Below are positions 30,082-38,626 of a DNA stretch of 64,000 nt, one piece after another. Every line of letters starts with the position of its first letter. The first letter of the stretch is position 1. Position numbers and translations under genes: made by a program. The stretch is from contig JBBIJY010000004.1 in the NCBI GenBank assembly GCA_037445735.1, forward strand, positions 32,001 to 96,000, written 5' to 3'. This stretch comes from Armatimonadota bacterium (GTDB taxonomy: Bacteria; Armatimonadota; Fimbriimonadia; Fimbriimonadales; GBS-DC). Under the pieces are notes generated by a model. It ran no database searches. It saw only the letters and a list, made by a program, of their open reading frames with translations, and was not told the DNA's origin.

Positions 30082-30987
30082 TTGAGAAGCGAGACATGGC
30101 TGGTGAATCTGGACGCCTATCTCCAGCCGCGCCTGCAGGCGATTGAGCGGGCGCTGGACGAGTGGCTACCCGCGTCTGGCGAGCGCCCGCGCATCCTGCC
30201 AGAAGCGATGCGCTACATGACGCTGGATGGGGGCAAGCGGCTGCGCCCGATTCTGTGCATCGCGGCGGCGGAGGCGGTCGGCGGCACGCTCGCACAGGTT
30301 CTGCCCACCGCCTGCGCCCTTGAACTCATTCACACCTTCAGTCTCATTCACGACGACCTGCCCGCGCTGGACAACGACACCCTGCGGCGCGGCAAGCCCA
30401 CCTGCCATGTGCAGTTCGGCGAGGCGATGGCGATTCTAACAGGCGACGCGCTGTTCGCCCACGCCTTCGGTCTGATCGCCCGTCAGGCGGAGATCAGTCC
30501 GCCCGAACGGGTGGTGCGCGTGCTCAAACTGATTGCCGATGCGGTTGGCGTGGACGGCATGGTGGGCGGGCAGGTGGAAGATATTCTTTCTGAAGGGGAG
30601 CCAGTAACCCCGGCACAGCTCGCCTATATCCATTCGTGCAAGACGGGCGCGCTCATTCGCGCGGCGGTGCTTTCGGGCGCGATCCTCTGTGGCGCCGATG
30701 CGGACGCCGAGCGCGCGCTGGACGCCTACAGCCGTGCGCTGGGGCTGGCGTTCCAGATTGTGGACGATATTCTGAACGAGACGGGCGACCCCGCACGACT
30801 GGGCAAGGCGACGGGCACCGACAGGTCGCGCCAGAAGGCGACCTATCCGCGCCTGTACGGGCTGGACGCCGCTCGCCAGCGCGCCCAGCAGGAACTACAA
30901 ACCGCCCTCGATGCCCTCCAGCCTTTCCGCACCGAAGCAGACCCCCTTCGCTGGTTAGCTCACTATGTCATCACCCGCGAACGATAG
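30082..30987 (+). CDS. ispA: Polyprenyl (farnesyl/geranylgeranyl) diphosphate synthase
   Basis: GGKRLRP, IHDDLPALD..RRG, KTGAL, FQIVDD; start may be GTG at 30103. Confidence 0.92.
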   Translation: MRSETWLVNLDAYLQPRLQAIERALDEWLPASGERPRILPEAMRYMTLDGGKRLRPILCIAAAEAVGGTLAQVLPTACALELIHTFSLIHDDLPALDNDTLRRGKPTCHVQFGEAMAILTGDALFAHAFGLIARQAEISPPERVVRVLKLIADAVGVDGMVGGQVEDILSEGEPVTPAQLAYIHSCKTGALIRAAVLSGAILCGADADAERALDAYSRALGLAFQIVDDILNETGDPARLGKATGTDRSRQKATYPRLYGLDAARQRAQQELQTALDALQPFRTEADPLRWLAHYVITRER

Positions 30988-31034
30988 CGTGATCCTGAGC
31001 AGGCAGGTCCCTAATCAGGTAAAATAGCCCGCGT

Positions 31035-32531
31035 ATGCAGGAGCCGCTGCACCCGATTGAAGAGGAGAACCAGCTGGTTCAGGTCCGACTGGAGAAGCTC
31101 CAGCAGCTGCGCGCGCAGGGGCTGGACCCCTTCGCCATCGAACGCTACCCCATCACGCACACCCTCCAGCAGGTGCATGAGCAGTACGAGCCGCTGGAGG
31201 GTCAGACGGTGGTCGTCGCGGGGCGAATCTTCTCTATTCGCCCGATGGGACGCGCCACCTTCGCCCACCTGATGGACAGCACGGGCAAACTGCAAATCTA
31301 TCTCAAAGCCGATGAGCTGGGCGAGCGCTATGCGCTGATCGACCTGTGGGATATCGGCGACTATCTGGGCGTGAAAGGCGTCGTGTTCAAAACGCGCACG
31401 GGCGAAATCACCGTGCATGTGCAGGAGTTCGCTCTGCTGGCGAAGGCGATTCGACCTGTGCCGTTCCCCAAAGAGAAGGGCGAGCAGCGCTGGTACGGTC
31501 TGCACGATGTGGAGCTGCGCCATCGCCAGCGCTATCTGGACCTGCTGGTGAACCCCGATTCGCGACGGCGATTGATTGCCCGCTGCCGCATGGTGTCCGC
31601 CATTCGCCGATTTCTGGAGGCGGAGGGCTTTCTGGAGGTGGAGACGCCCGTGCTTCAGCCGCTGGCGGGCGGTGCGGCGGCACGCCCCTTCATCACCTAT
31701 CACAACGCGCTGGATCGCACCTTCCAGCTGCGAATCGCGCTCGAACTCCATCTCAAGCGGCTGCTAATTGGCGGCATCGATAAGGTGTTCGAGATCGGGC
31801 GCGTGTTCCGCAACGAGGGCATCTCCACCCGCCATAACCCCGAGTTCACCATGCTGGAACTCTATCAGGCGTACGCCAACCTGGAAGACATCATGGCGCT
31901 GGTGGAGCGGCTCTTTCGGCATGTGGCGCAGACGGTGTTCGGCACGACCGTGTTTGAACGGGAGGGCGTGCAGGTCGACTTCAGCCAGCCGTGGCGGCGC
32001 GTGCGCCTGATGGAGGCGATTCGGGAGCATACGGGGCTGACGGAAGCCGATTTTGAGACGCTGGAGCGGGCAACGCAGGCTGCCGGGCGGCTGGGCATCC
32101 ATATCGAGCGCAAAGACACCATCGGCGGCATCATCGAGAAGGTGCTGGAGAAGTGCGTGGCGCATCACCTCCAGCAGCCGACCTTTGTTTATGGCTTCCC
32201 GCTGGACACCTCGCCGCTGGCGAAGCGCGAACCCGACAACCCGCGCTTCACCCGCCGCTTTGAGGGCTACATCTTCGGGCAGGAGGTGGCGAACGCCTTC
32301 TCGGAGCTGAACGACCCGCTGGAACAGCGGGAGCGGTTCCTGGCACAGCAGGCGCTGCGCGAGGCGGGCGACGAGGAAGCGCACCCGTTTGACGAAGATT
32401 TCATCCGCGCGATGGAGTATGGCATGCCCCCCGCAGGCGGGCTGGGCATCGGCATCGACCGCATGGCGATGCTGCTCACGGGCGCCGACTCGATCCGCGA
32501 GGTCATCTTCTTCCCGCAGCTGCGCGAGTAG
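31035..32531 (+). CDS. lysS: Lysine--tRNA ligase (class II)
   Basis: RQRYLDL, GGAAARPF, FRNEGISTRHNPEF, EYGMPPAGGLGIGIDR. Confidence 0.97.
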   Translation: MQEPLHPIEEENQLVQVRLEKLQQLRAQGLDPFAIERYPITHTLQQVHEQYEPLEGQTVVVAGRIFSIRPMGRATFAHLMDSTGKLQIYLKADELGERYALIDLWDIGDYLGVKGVVFKTRTGEITVHVQEFALLAKAIRPVPFPKEKGEQRWYGLHDVELRHRQRYLDLLVNPDSRRRLIARCRMVSAIRRFLEAEGFLEVETPVLQPLAGGAAARPFITYHNALDRTFQLRIALELHLKRLLIGGIDKVFEIGRVFRNEGISTRHNPEFTMLELYQAYANLEDIMALVERLFRHVAQTVFGTTVFEREGVQVDFSQPWRRVRLMEAIREHTGLTEADFETLERATQAAGRLGIHIERKDTIGGIIEKVLEKCVAHHLQQPTFVYGFPLDTSPLAKREPDNPRFTRRFEGYIFGQEVANAFSELNDPLEQRERFLAQQALREAGDEEAHPFDEDFIRAMEYGMPPAGGLGIGIDRMAMLLTGADSIREVIFFPQLRE

Positions 32532-32573
32532 AGACCACTCCCTCCCGGCTTTCGGGAGAGTTACGGGAGGATG

Positions 32574-32660
32574 CCCCTCACCCCAACCCTCTCCCCAGCG
32601 GGGAGAGGGAGAAACTAAATCCCTCTCCCCCAGCGGGGGAGAGGGTACGGGTGAGGGGGC
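32574..32660. repeat. Paired REP-like palindromes (BIME-like unit)
   Basis: CCCCTCACCCCAACCCTCTCCCCAGCGGGGAGAGGG-agaaactaaat-CCCTCTCCCCCAGCGGGGGAGAGGGTACGGGTGAGGGG. Confidence 0.85.
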
Positions 32661-32776
32661 TACAAGACCTGTGCCGAGAGAATTCCCCGGCGATCGCGTA
32701 TAGCTCTCCCGGCTTTGCGGAGAGTTCTCCAGCGTCGATGGGGGGTTCCCTGGGCAGAGGCGGTATAATCCCTGCC

Positions 32777-34255
32777 ATGGACGGCAAGCTGACACGCAGG
32801 GAGCTGCTTCGGTGGGGCATCGCGGGCGTGGCAGGTCTCGCGCTTGCACCCTCAATAGCCCCCCAGCGTCGGGCGCGCGGGCGCGTGCGCAACATCATCT
32901 TCATGGTGGCGGATGGCATGAGCGCGGGCGTGCCCTCGCTCGCCGATGCGTTCGGCAAACTGGTGCGCGGCAAAGGCTCCTTCTGGCATCAACTGCTCCA
33001 GAACCCCGAAGCCACGCTCGGCTTTTTCGATATGGCGTCGCTCGATTCGCTGGTGACCGATTCCTCGTCGGCGTCGTCGGCGTGGGGCAGTGGCAGCCGA
33101 ATCTTCAACGGCTGGGTCAATATGCTGCCCGACAGCACGCGCCTGACCCCGATTGCGCAGATTGTGAAGGCGGCGGGCAAAAAGGTGGGGCTGGTGACCA
33201 CCACGCGCATCACGCACGCGACGCCCGCCGGCTTCGCCGCGGTGCAACGCAGTCGCGACGCCGAAGATGAGATTGCCCCGCAATATCTGGATGTGGTCGA
33301 TGTGCTGATGGGGGGCGGCTTGCGCCACTATGATCCGCGCCTGCGAGCCGATAAGCGCGACCTCATCAGCGAATACACGCGCAAGGGCTACACCTTCTGG
33401 AACCGTCGCGAGCAGGTCATCAGCGACGAGCGCCCCGATAAGGTGCTGGGGCTGTTTTACAACAGCCATCTGCCCTACACCGTGGATCACATCCACTCGG
33501 AGGAGCTGAAGCGCACGGTGCCCACTTTAGCGGAGATGACGCGCAAGGCACTGGAGATTTTGAGTCGCTCCCGCGAGGGCTTCCTGCTGCAGGTGGAGGG
33601 TGGGCGCGTGGATCACGCCGCCCATTCGAACGACGCTGCCGCACTGATGTGGGACCAGCTCGCCTTCGACGATGCCATCGAGGTGGTCTACAACTTCGCC
33701 GCCCGCCGCGACGACACGCTGGTGATTATCACCAGCGATCACGGCAACTCCAATCCGGGCTTGAACGGGATGGGGATCGAATATCGCCAGAGCAACGCCT
33801 GCTTTGAGCGGCTCGCGCTGGCGAAATGCTCCTTTGAGCAGCTGCCCCGCCACCTTCAGCAAGCCACACCCGACTCGGTTCGCGAGGTCATCAGGGCGCA
33901 GCTGGGCATCGAGATCAATCGCGAGGAAGCGGAGGCGCTGTCCAGCGCGGTGGCGAACCGCATGCCGACGGTGTGGAACCGCCAGCACCAGAACCTCAAC
34001 GGTCTACTGGGCGAGATTCTGAGCAACTACAACGGCATCGGCTGGACAGGCACCAGCCACACCGCCGACTATGTGTGGCTGACCGCGATTGGCGTCGGGC
34101 GCGAGGAGTTCCACGGGCTGGTTCGCAACACCGATGCCTTCTACAAGATGCTCAAGCTGTTCGGGCTGTCGCACAAGAACCCGTCGATGAGTCCGCAGGA
34201 GGCTCGCAAGTACCTCTCACGCGCCGCCGCGCCGACGCAACCCCACTGGGTGTGA
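32777..34255 (+). CDS. phoA: Tat-exported alkaline phosphatase
   Basis: LTRRELL Tat motif, IFMVADGM, VTDSSS, THATPA, EGGRVDHAAH, TSDHG. Confidence 0.9.
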   Translation: MDGKLTRRELLRWGIAGVAGLALAPSIAPQRRARGRVRNIIFMVADGMSAGVPSLADAFGKLVRGKGSFWHQLLQNPEATLGFFDMASLDSLVTDSSSASSAWGSGSRIFNGWVNMLPDSTRLTPIAQIVKAAGKKVGLVTTTRITHATPAGFAAVQRSRDAEDEIAPQYLDVVDVLMGGGLRHYDPRLRADKRDLISEYTRKGYTFWNRREQVISDERPDKVLGLFYNSHLPYTVDHIHSEELKRTVPTLAEMTRKALEILSRSREGFLLQVEGGRVDHAAHSNDAAALMWDQLAFDDAIEVVYNFAARRDDTLVIITSDHGNSNPGLNGMGIEYRQSNACFERLALAKCSFEQLPRHLQQATPDSVREVIRAQLGIEINREEAEALSSAVANRMPTVWNRQHQNLNGLLGEILSNYNGIGWTGTSHTADYVWLTAIGVGREEFHGLVRNTDAFYKMLKLFGLSHKNPSMSPQEARKYLSRAAAPTQPHWV

Positions 34256-34261
34256 ACCTGA

Positions 34262-34300
34262 CCCCTCTCCCACAGCGGGGAGAGGGGCACGGGGTGAGGG
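34262..34300. repeat. Single REP-like palindrome
   Basis: CCCCTCTCCCACAGCGGGGAGAGGGGCACGGGGTGAGGGG just after the phoA stop. Confidence 0.8.
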
Positions 34301-34364
34301 CAACCTGATTCCCTGTTGGTCTTCTGAGCCGCGGATGTGGAAAAACTGCCTCTGGTGAACGACG

Positions 34365-34841
34365 GTGGCAGAGAAGAAGGCAGGTAGCAGCAAGGGCAAG
34401 GAGCCGAAGTCGAAGGGCGGCATGCCCATCGTGCTGGTGATAGCGGTGCTGGTGGCGGGGCTGATGGGCGGCGCCTTCGCGGGCAAGATGCTGTTCGCGG
34501 GCAAGGGCGCGAAGGAACCCGAAAAGCCTAAAGTCGGGCACACGCTCGACCTCGGCGAGTTCCTGGTCAATCTGGACAGCGAGCATTATCTGAAGGCGGG
34601 CGTCGCGCTCGGTCTCAAAGAGGGCATCCCCGCTGAAAAGCTCAAGGAGGAGACCGCGCCCCTGCGCGACGCGGTGCTGATGGCGCTTGTTAGCAGCGGA
34701 CGCGCCGAACTCAACACCTACGAGGGCAAACAGAAAATCAAGGAGCGCATCCGCGAGCGGGTCAACGAAGTGCTGCACGAGAAGACGCGCGAGAAGGAGA
34801 GCGTGCTGGAGGTCTATTTCACCACCTTTGTGACGCAGTAG
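34365..34841 (+). CDS. fliL: Flagellar basal body-associated FliL family protein
   Basis: N-terminal TM, LGEFLVNL, LRDAV, EGKQKIK, VYFTTFVTQ. Confidence 0.88.
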   Translation: MAEKKAGSSKGKEPKSKGGMPIVLVIAVLVAGLMGGAFAGKMLFAGKGAKEPEKPKVGHTLDLGEFLVNLDSEHYLKAGVALGLKEGIPAEKLKEETAPLRDAVLMALVSSGRAELNTYEGKQKIKERIRERVNEVLHEKTREKESVLEVYFTTFVTQ

Positions 34842-34846
34842 GTGGC

Positions 34847-35884
34847 TTACACGCTCAGGTTCGCGACGGCGGTCTCGATCAGCACGCGGCTGGGCGCCCG
34901 ACTGCGCAGGTGATACTCGCACATTCGGAACGGATAGAGCAGGCGGTCATAGCGCGGGTCGGGCAGGCTCAGCGGGCGCGTCTCCTGCAGCAGCCAGGCG
35001 GAGATGGTATCCACCAGCTCCAGCGTCTGCGGTGTGGGCGACATCTCCACGCGCACCAGCCCGTAGGTCGGCGCGGCGCCCTCCTGCCAGCGCAGGCGCA
35101 GATACCAGCTGTAGACCTCCTCCACCTGCGGGCGGCGCGGGCGAAACACACTGCTCCTGTAGCCAGTGGGCATGTTCAGCACCTGCAGCATCCAGTCGGG
35201 GCGCAGATAGGAGGTGCGATGCGATTTGGAGACGCCCACCACCCGCAGGAATCGGCGCGTCTGCTGCTCCCGCATCAGGTCCGAAATGGAGCCGTCCACC
35301 AGCAGCCAGCAATTGGGGCTGTCGCCGTAGCGTTCGATCCAGCGCATCGCCATCTCGCGCTCCAGCTGGTCGCGCATGCGGGCGACGGTCGCCCCCGCCT
35401 TCTGCAGCATGCTGGCGAACGAGGCGGTCTCCACCTCCGCACGCTCGTAGGTGTCGTGGATGATGATGCCGTGCTTCTGGAAGGTGCGCGGGTTGATGAG
35501 TCGGGCAGGCAGGTAGAGCGCTTCCTCGTCGGCGTGCAGTTGCGGGCAGGGATGGAGCGTGCGCTCGCGCCGCTCCAGCACCATCGCCGCGATGTAGCCG
35601 TAGACCACGGGCAGGAACGCCTGCTCCACACAGAGATAATAGAGCAGTTGTGAGTGCTGGATGCCATCGATGAAGTGGGTGAAGGCGGTGGGCTGATTGC
35701 CGCGCGGCACTTCGAAGATGCCGAACTCCTTGCGGTCGGGTTCGGGCACCAGCAGCGCGTCGCCTGACCAGCCCTCTTCTTCAGGCACTTCGATGATGTC
35801 CTCGCTGGTGAGTCGTCGCACCACGCGCACCCCATCGGGGTTCTCGCGCAGGAACTCCACCACTTTGCGCAAAAACGGCGTCAT
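34847..35884 (-). CDS. NurA-like (RNase H fold) nuclease
   Basis: FIDG, LLVDGSI, VGVSKSH, YSWYLRL, GLVRVE, DPR..LYP..E. Confidence 0.65.
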   Translation of the reverse strand: MTPFLRKVVEFLRENPDGVRVVRRLTSEDIIEVPEEEGWSGDALLVPEPDRKEFGIFEVPRGNQPTAFTHFIDGIQHSQLLYYLCVEQAFLPVVYGYIAAMVLERRERTLHPCPQLHADEEALYLPARLINPRTFQKHGIIIHDTYERAEVETASFASMLQKAGATVARMRDQLEREMAMRWIERYGDSPNCWLLVDGSISDLMREQQTRRFLRVVGVSKSHRTSYLRPDWMLQVLNMPTGYRSSVFRPRRPQVEEVYSWYLRLRWQEGAAPTYGLVRVEMSPTPQTLELVDTISAWLLQETRPLSLPDPRYDRLLYPFRMCEYHLRSRAPSRVLIETAVANLSV

Positions 35885-35951
35885 CGCCGATTCTATTCGC
35901 CGCGCTCGCGCCCTCTCCTGCTCTACACTCTACAGATACGGAAATGCCGAT

Positions 35952-36386
35952 TCAGGTGGTGGGGGCGATGCCAATTCCCCCAGTTGGGTGCCCCTGGCAG
36001 GGATGACCCTGACAGTCTGTACCTGTTGTTTCGCGCTCACGAACATCTTTGATGCATGTAGCCTCCCTGCACGGATTACCATTTCTATCCTTACAAGCCA
36101 GTACCCGTATGGTGTACTCCCATATGATACGCTCCGTACATGGACCAGCCCCTGGATTGTGATTGGGGCATCTGGGCGACTTCTTGGAACAAAAAGCGCT
36201 TGCATAATGTATTTCTGCTACGAGTTTCCAAACACATGGCTTGCCATCACGACACCTGCCCGACGATTCTGGTCGCGGTGCACTATCACAGTTGGGTCTC
36301 GGCCTCTGACACTCATGGGCCTGAACCAGCAGAGCCGTCAACAGAAGCGAACCGATTACCGCCATCACGCATCGTTTCACCAGCAT
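35952..36386 (-). CDS. Small secreted cysteine-rich protein
   Basis: SD GGAGGTGA; signal peptide ending VQA; 12 Cys in the mature part. Confidence 0.7.
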   Translation of the reverse strand: MLVKRCVMAVIGSLLLTALLVQAHECQRPRPNCDSAPRPESSGRCRDGKPCVWKLVAEIHYASAFCSKKSPRCPNHNPGAGPCTERIIWEYTIRVLACKDRNGNPCREATCIKDVRERETTGTDCQGHPCQGHPTGGIGIAPTT

Positions 36387-37090
36387 TCTGAATCACCTCC
36401 TTGCTTTATTGCCCCCTCCCAGGCTTTGACCATCTCATAGGGCAGAGGTGTGCCCCCAAACTTTTTGGAGGGATCAAAGCCCGAGCGAAATACCCATTCT
36501 CGATTGATAATCTCCGACAGTAAGAGGTCGTGGTAATAGCCCACACATCCATAGAAGTTCACACCGAGAAAGCGATGATCTTTGATACGAACACGCTCCG
36601 AGAAAACGGGATACCACCATTCACCGCTCCAATCCCATCTAACCACCTCCTTCTCGAGCCATGGAGCGTAACAGCAATTGCACTGTAGCATTGGGTGATA
36701 GGGATACTGCTTCAGCAGTGTTGTAATGAACCGCTGCCATTCATGCCGCCTGTGTGGTGCATCGTAGTCAGCGGGTATGGTGCCATCGGCATTGAATTGA
36801 GGGAGATACGCGGCATAATAGCGGTATGGTTCCCCATTAATGGGGCATCGGGGTTCAATGCCTGCCCGTTTCGCCAGAGCTTCAAACTCCTCCTGCGTTA
36901 TGGGCAGCGAACCTGTCCGACTGTACTCCTGAACCAGCCAAGCACCCAGCGTCGCTATCCGAGTCTTACAATCCGCCCGCTTCGCCGCCATCCGCACCCG
37001 AAGACCTATCGGCAAGAGCAGCGCCACCAGCGCCACCATAATCGCCACCACTATCAGCAACTCTTTCAGACTCCAGCCTCCGCGTACCAT
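36377..37090 (-). CDS. Prepilin/pseudopilin-like protein
   Basis: MVRGG|WSLKELLIVVAIMVALVALLLP class III signal; AKRADC; CPINGEPY. Confidence 0.8.
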   Translation of the reverse strand: MVRGGWSLKELLIVVAIMVALVALLLPIGLRVRMAAKRADCKTRIATLGAWLVQEYSRTGSLPITQEEFEALAKRAGIEPRCPINGEPYRYYAAYLPQFNADGTIPADYDAPHRRHEWQRFITTLLKQYPYHPMLQCNCCYAPWLEKEVVRWDWSGEWWYPVFSERVRIKDHRFLGVNFYGCVGYYHDLLLSEIINREWVFRSGFDPSKKFGGTPLPYEMVKAWEGAIKQGGDSECW

Positions 37091-37137
37091 CACCGCCTCG
37101 CCTCCCTCTGCGATCTTGCAAATCCCCGCAGTAATTT

Positions 37138-37734
37138 TCAATAGCCCTTCGATACATCGGGAAACCACCGCGGGTCAGGACATCGATCATTCTCTTTAGG
37201 CCAAATAATCTCGCCGGTGGAAAGCCTTTTGGTGTACACTGTAAAGCCATATTCCATCTTGCCATCCCCAATGTCCAGCACCAATAATGCGCAGGCTCCT
37301 CCTACATAGGGTCTGCCACAACGCGGACGCGGCGGGCGTGTATGACAGGGGCACCACGCTACCAGATTCTCACGGAGATAGAGCCCAAAATCACCTTCTA
37401 GGACCTTAGATATTAGATTGCTGCTATCCCAATACCTATTAGCAACCGGAACGTCGTAATTCTCACCACTGAGAGGACAGAAAAAGATATTTAAACCTTC
37501 TTGTCTGTGGAGCCATTGGTTCAGCTCGCGTGCCAAAGCACGGTTCCATCGCCCACCATTCTCCTGTTTCATCAGTTTGTACTTAGTATAGATTGTCCAC
37601 AAATTGGTGCGGCACTTAGCCTCCAGCACACGATAGCGCACAATCTGAAACACAGGAAATACCAGCACCATCAGCGCCGCCATAATCACCAGTACCACCA
37701 ACAACTGTTTCAGCGTCCAACCCCGACAACTCAT
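37138..37734 (-). CDS. Prepilin/pseudopilin-like protein (Q at +5)
   Basis: MSCRG|WTLKQLLVVLVIMAALMVLVFPVF; EAKCRTNL; CPLSGENY. Confidence 0.78.
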   Translation of the reverse strand: MSCRGWTLKQLLVVLVIMAALMVLVFPVFQIVRYRVLEAKCRTNLWTIYTKYKLMKQENGGRWNRALARELNQWLHRQEGLNIFFCPLSGENYDVPVANRYWDSSNLISKVLEGDFGLYLRENLVAWCPCHTRPPRPRCGRPYVGGACALLVLDIGDGKMEYGFTVYTKRLSTGEIIWPKENDRCPDPRWFPDVSKGY

Positions 37735-38003
37735 TGCCGTCCCTCCGTATCGGACTGACGCCCTCGTTGAGTCTGCAACCGATTCTGTTTCAGTTGCTTC
37801 CGAATAGCTGCTTCAGAGAGATTCCCCTGATTTTGGCGACATCCTGCTTCCTCCGTACTCTGCCAAGCGGAGGGAAGAGGAGCTATACTCCATAGCGGCA
37901 AGCGGACTTCAGGGCGACCATACAGCCACGCTATCGCCAGAAGGTAGAGCATAGCCCCCGCAATAATAATTCCTATTCGGACAAGGCGTTGCCACCTAGT
38001 CAT
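37731..38003 (-). CDS. Small membrane protein, possibly a degenerate pilin
   Basis: TM helix followed by EAGCRQN; 4-nt overlap with the next gene; purine-rich SD. Confidence 0.5.
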   Translation of the reverse strand: MTRWQRLVRIGIIIAGAMLYLLAIAWLYGRPEVRLPLWSIAPLPSAWQSTEEAGCRQNQGNLSEAAIRKQLKQNRLQTQRGRQSDTEGRQ

Positions 38004-38022
38004 CGTTCTCCCTCTTCCTCTG

Positions 38023-38181
38023 CTATGGAATTATGGGCGTAACTGGATATGGTGTGGGAGTCCCAGGCTGTCTTGGGTCACACGGCCAAGCTAACAGAGC
38101 AGCTGTTGTTAACAGGACTCCGACAATTATTGTGCTCATCACGATTGTAAGGTTTCGCCAGTCAAACTGTTTTCGTCTCAT
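38023..38181 (-). CDS. 52-aa secreted/membrane peptide (absent from the ORF track)
   Basis: MRRKQFDWRNLTIVMSTIIVGVLLTTAALLAWPCDPRQPGTPTPYPVTPIIP; SD GGAGGTGA 6 nt before ATG; promoter directly upstream. Confidence 0.72.
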   Translation of the reverse strand: MRRKQFDWRNLTIVMSTIIVGVLLTTAALLAWPCDPRQPGTPTPYPVTPIIP

Positions 38182-38205
38182 TGTCTGTCACCTCCATACG
38201 CCCCT

Positions 38206-38235
38206 ATAATAGCACATAATCCCTCTGCTTGTCAA
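38206..38235 (-). promoter_or_regulatory. Sigma70-type promoter of the peptide/prepilin operon
   Basis: TTGACA-18 nt-TATTAT with extended -10 TG; A9 tract (UP-like) at 38250-38258. Confidence 0.75.
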
Positions 38236-38284
38236 GGCCAAAAGGACGATTTTTTTTTGCAACCTTCGTGCCAGCAGGACACCC

Positions 38285-38626
38285 TCAGTGTAGACCGAAT
38301 CTCCCCCAGTGAACCCCAAACCATTCACGAGCCGTTAACTCAGCAACATCCTCGGGAGCCTGAAGAAATCTAATCCGTGCAAGTTTTTCGCGAAGGTCCC
38401 GATGATACTCGAGCAATCTATCCAGCTCATCTTGTGATAAAGACTGTGTACGCTGCCATATTAATCGCGCCTGATCGAGCACTAAATCTCTTAGCGTGCG
38501 GCGATTGCCAATATAAGCAAAGCTCCCGTAAGTGGCAGCCAACTTATCCAGACTATCGCTAACCATGCGCTCTGGCGATATGCGCAAGGCGTCACAGATA
38601 GAGACAAACAGCCTAAAAATTCCCAC
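38285..38626 (-). CDS. Hypothetical protein coupled to the methyltransferase (possible restriction-gene remnant)
   Basis: AAGGAG-7 nt-GTG overlapping the MTase end; 113 aa; no catalytic motif recognised. Confidence 0.4.
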   Translation of the reverse strand: MGIFRLFVSICDALRISPERMVSDSLDKLAATYGSFAYIGNRRTLRDLVLDQARLIWQRTQSLSQDELDRLLEYHRDLREKLARIRFLQAPEDVAELTAREWFGVHWGRFGLH

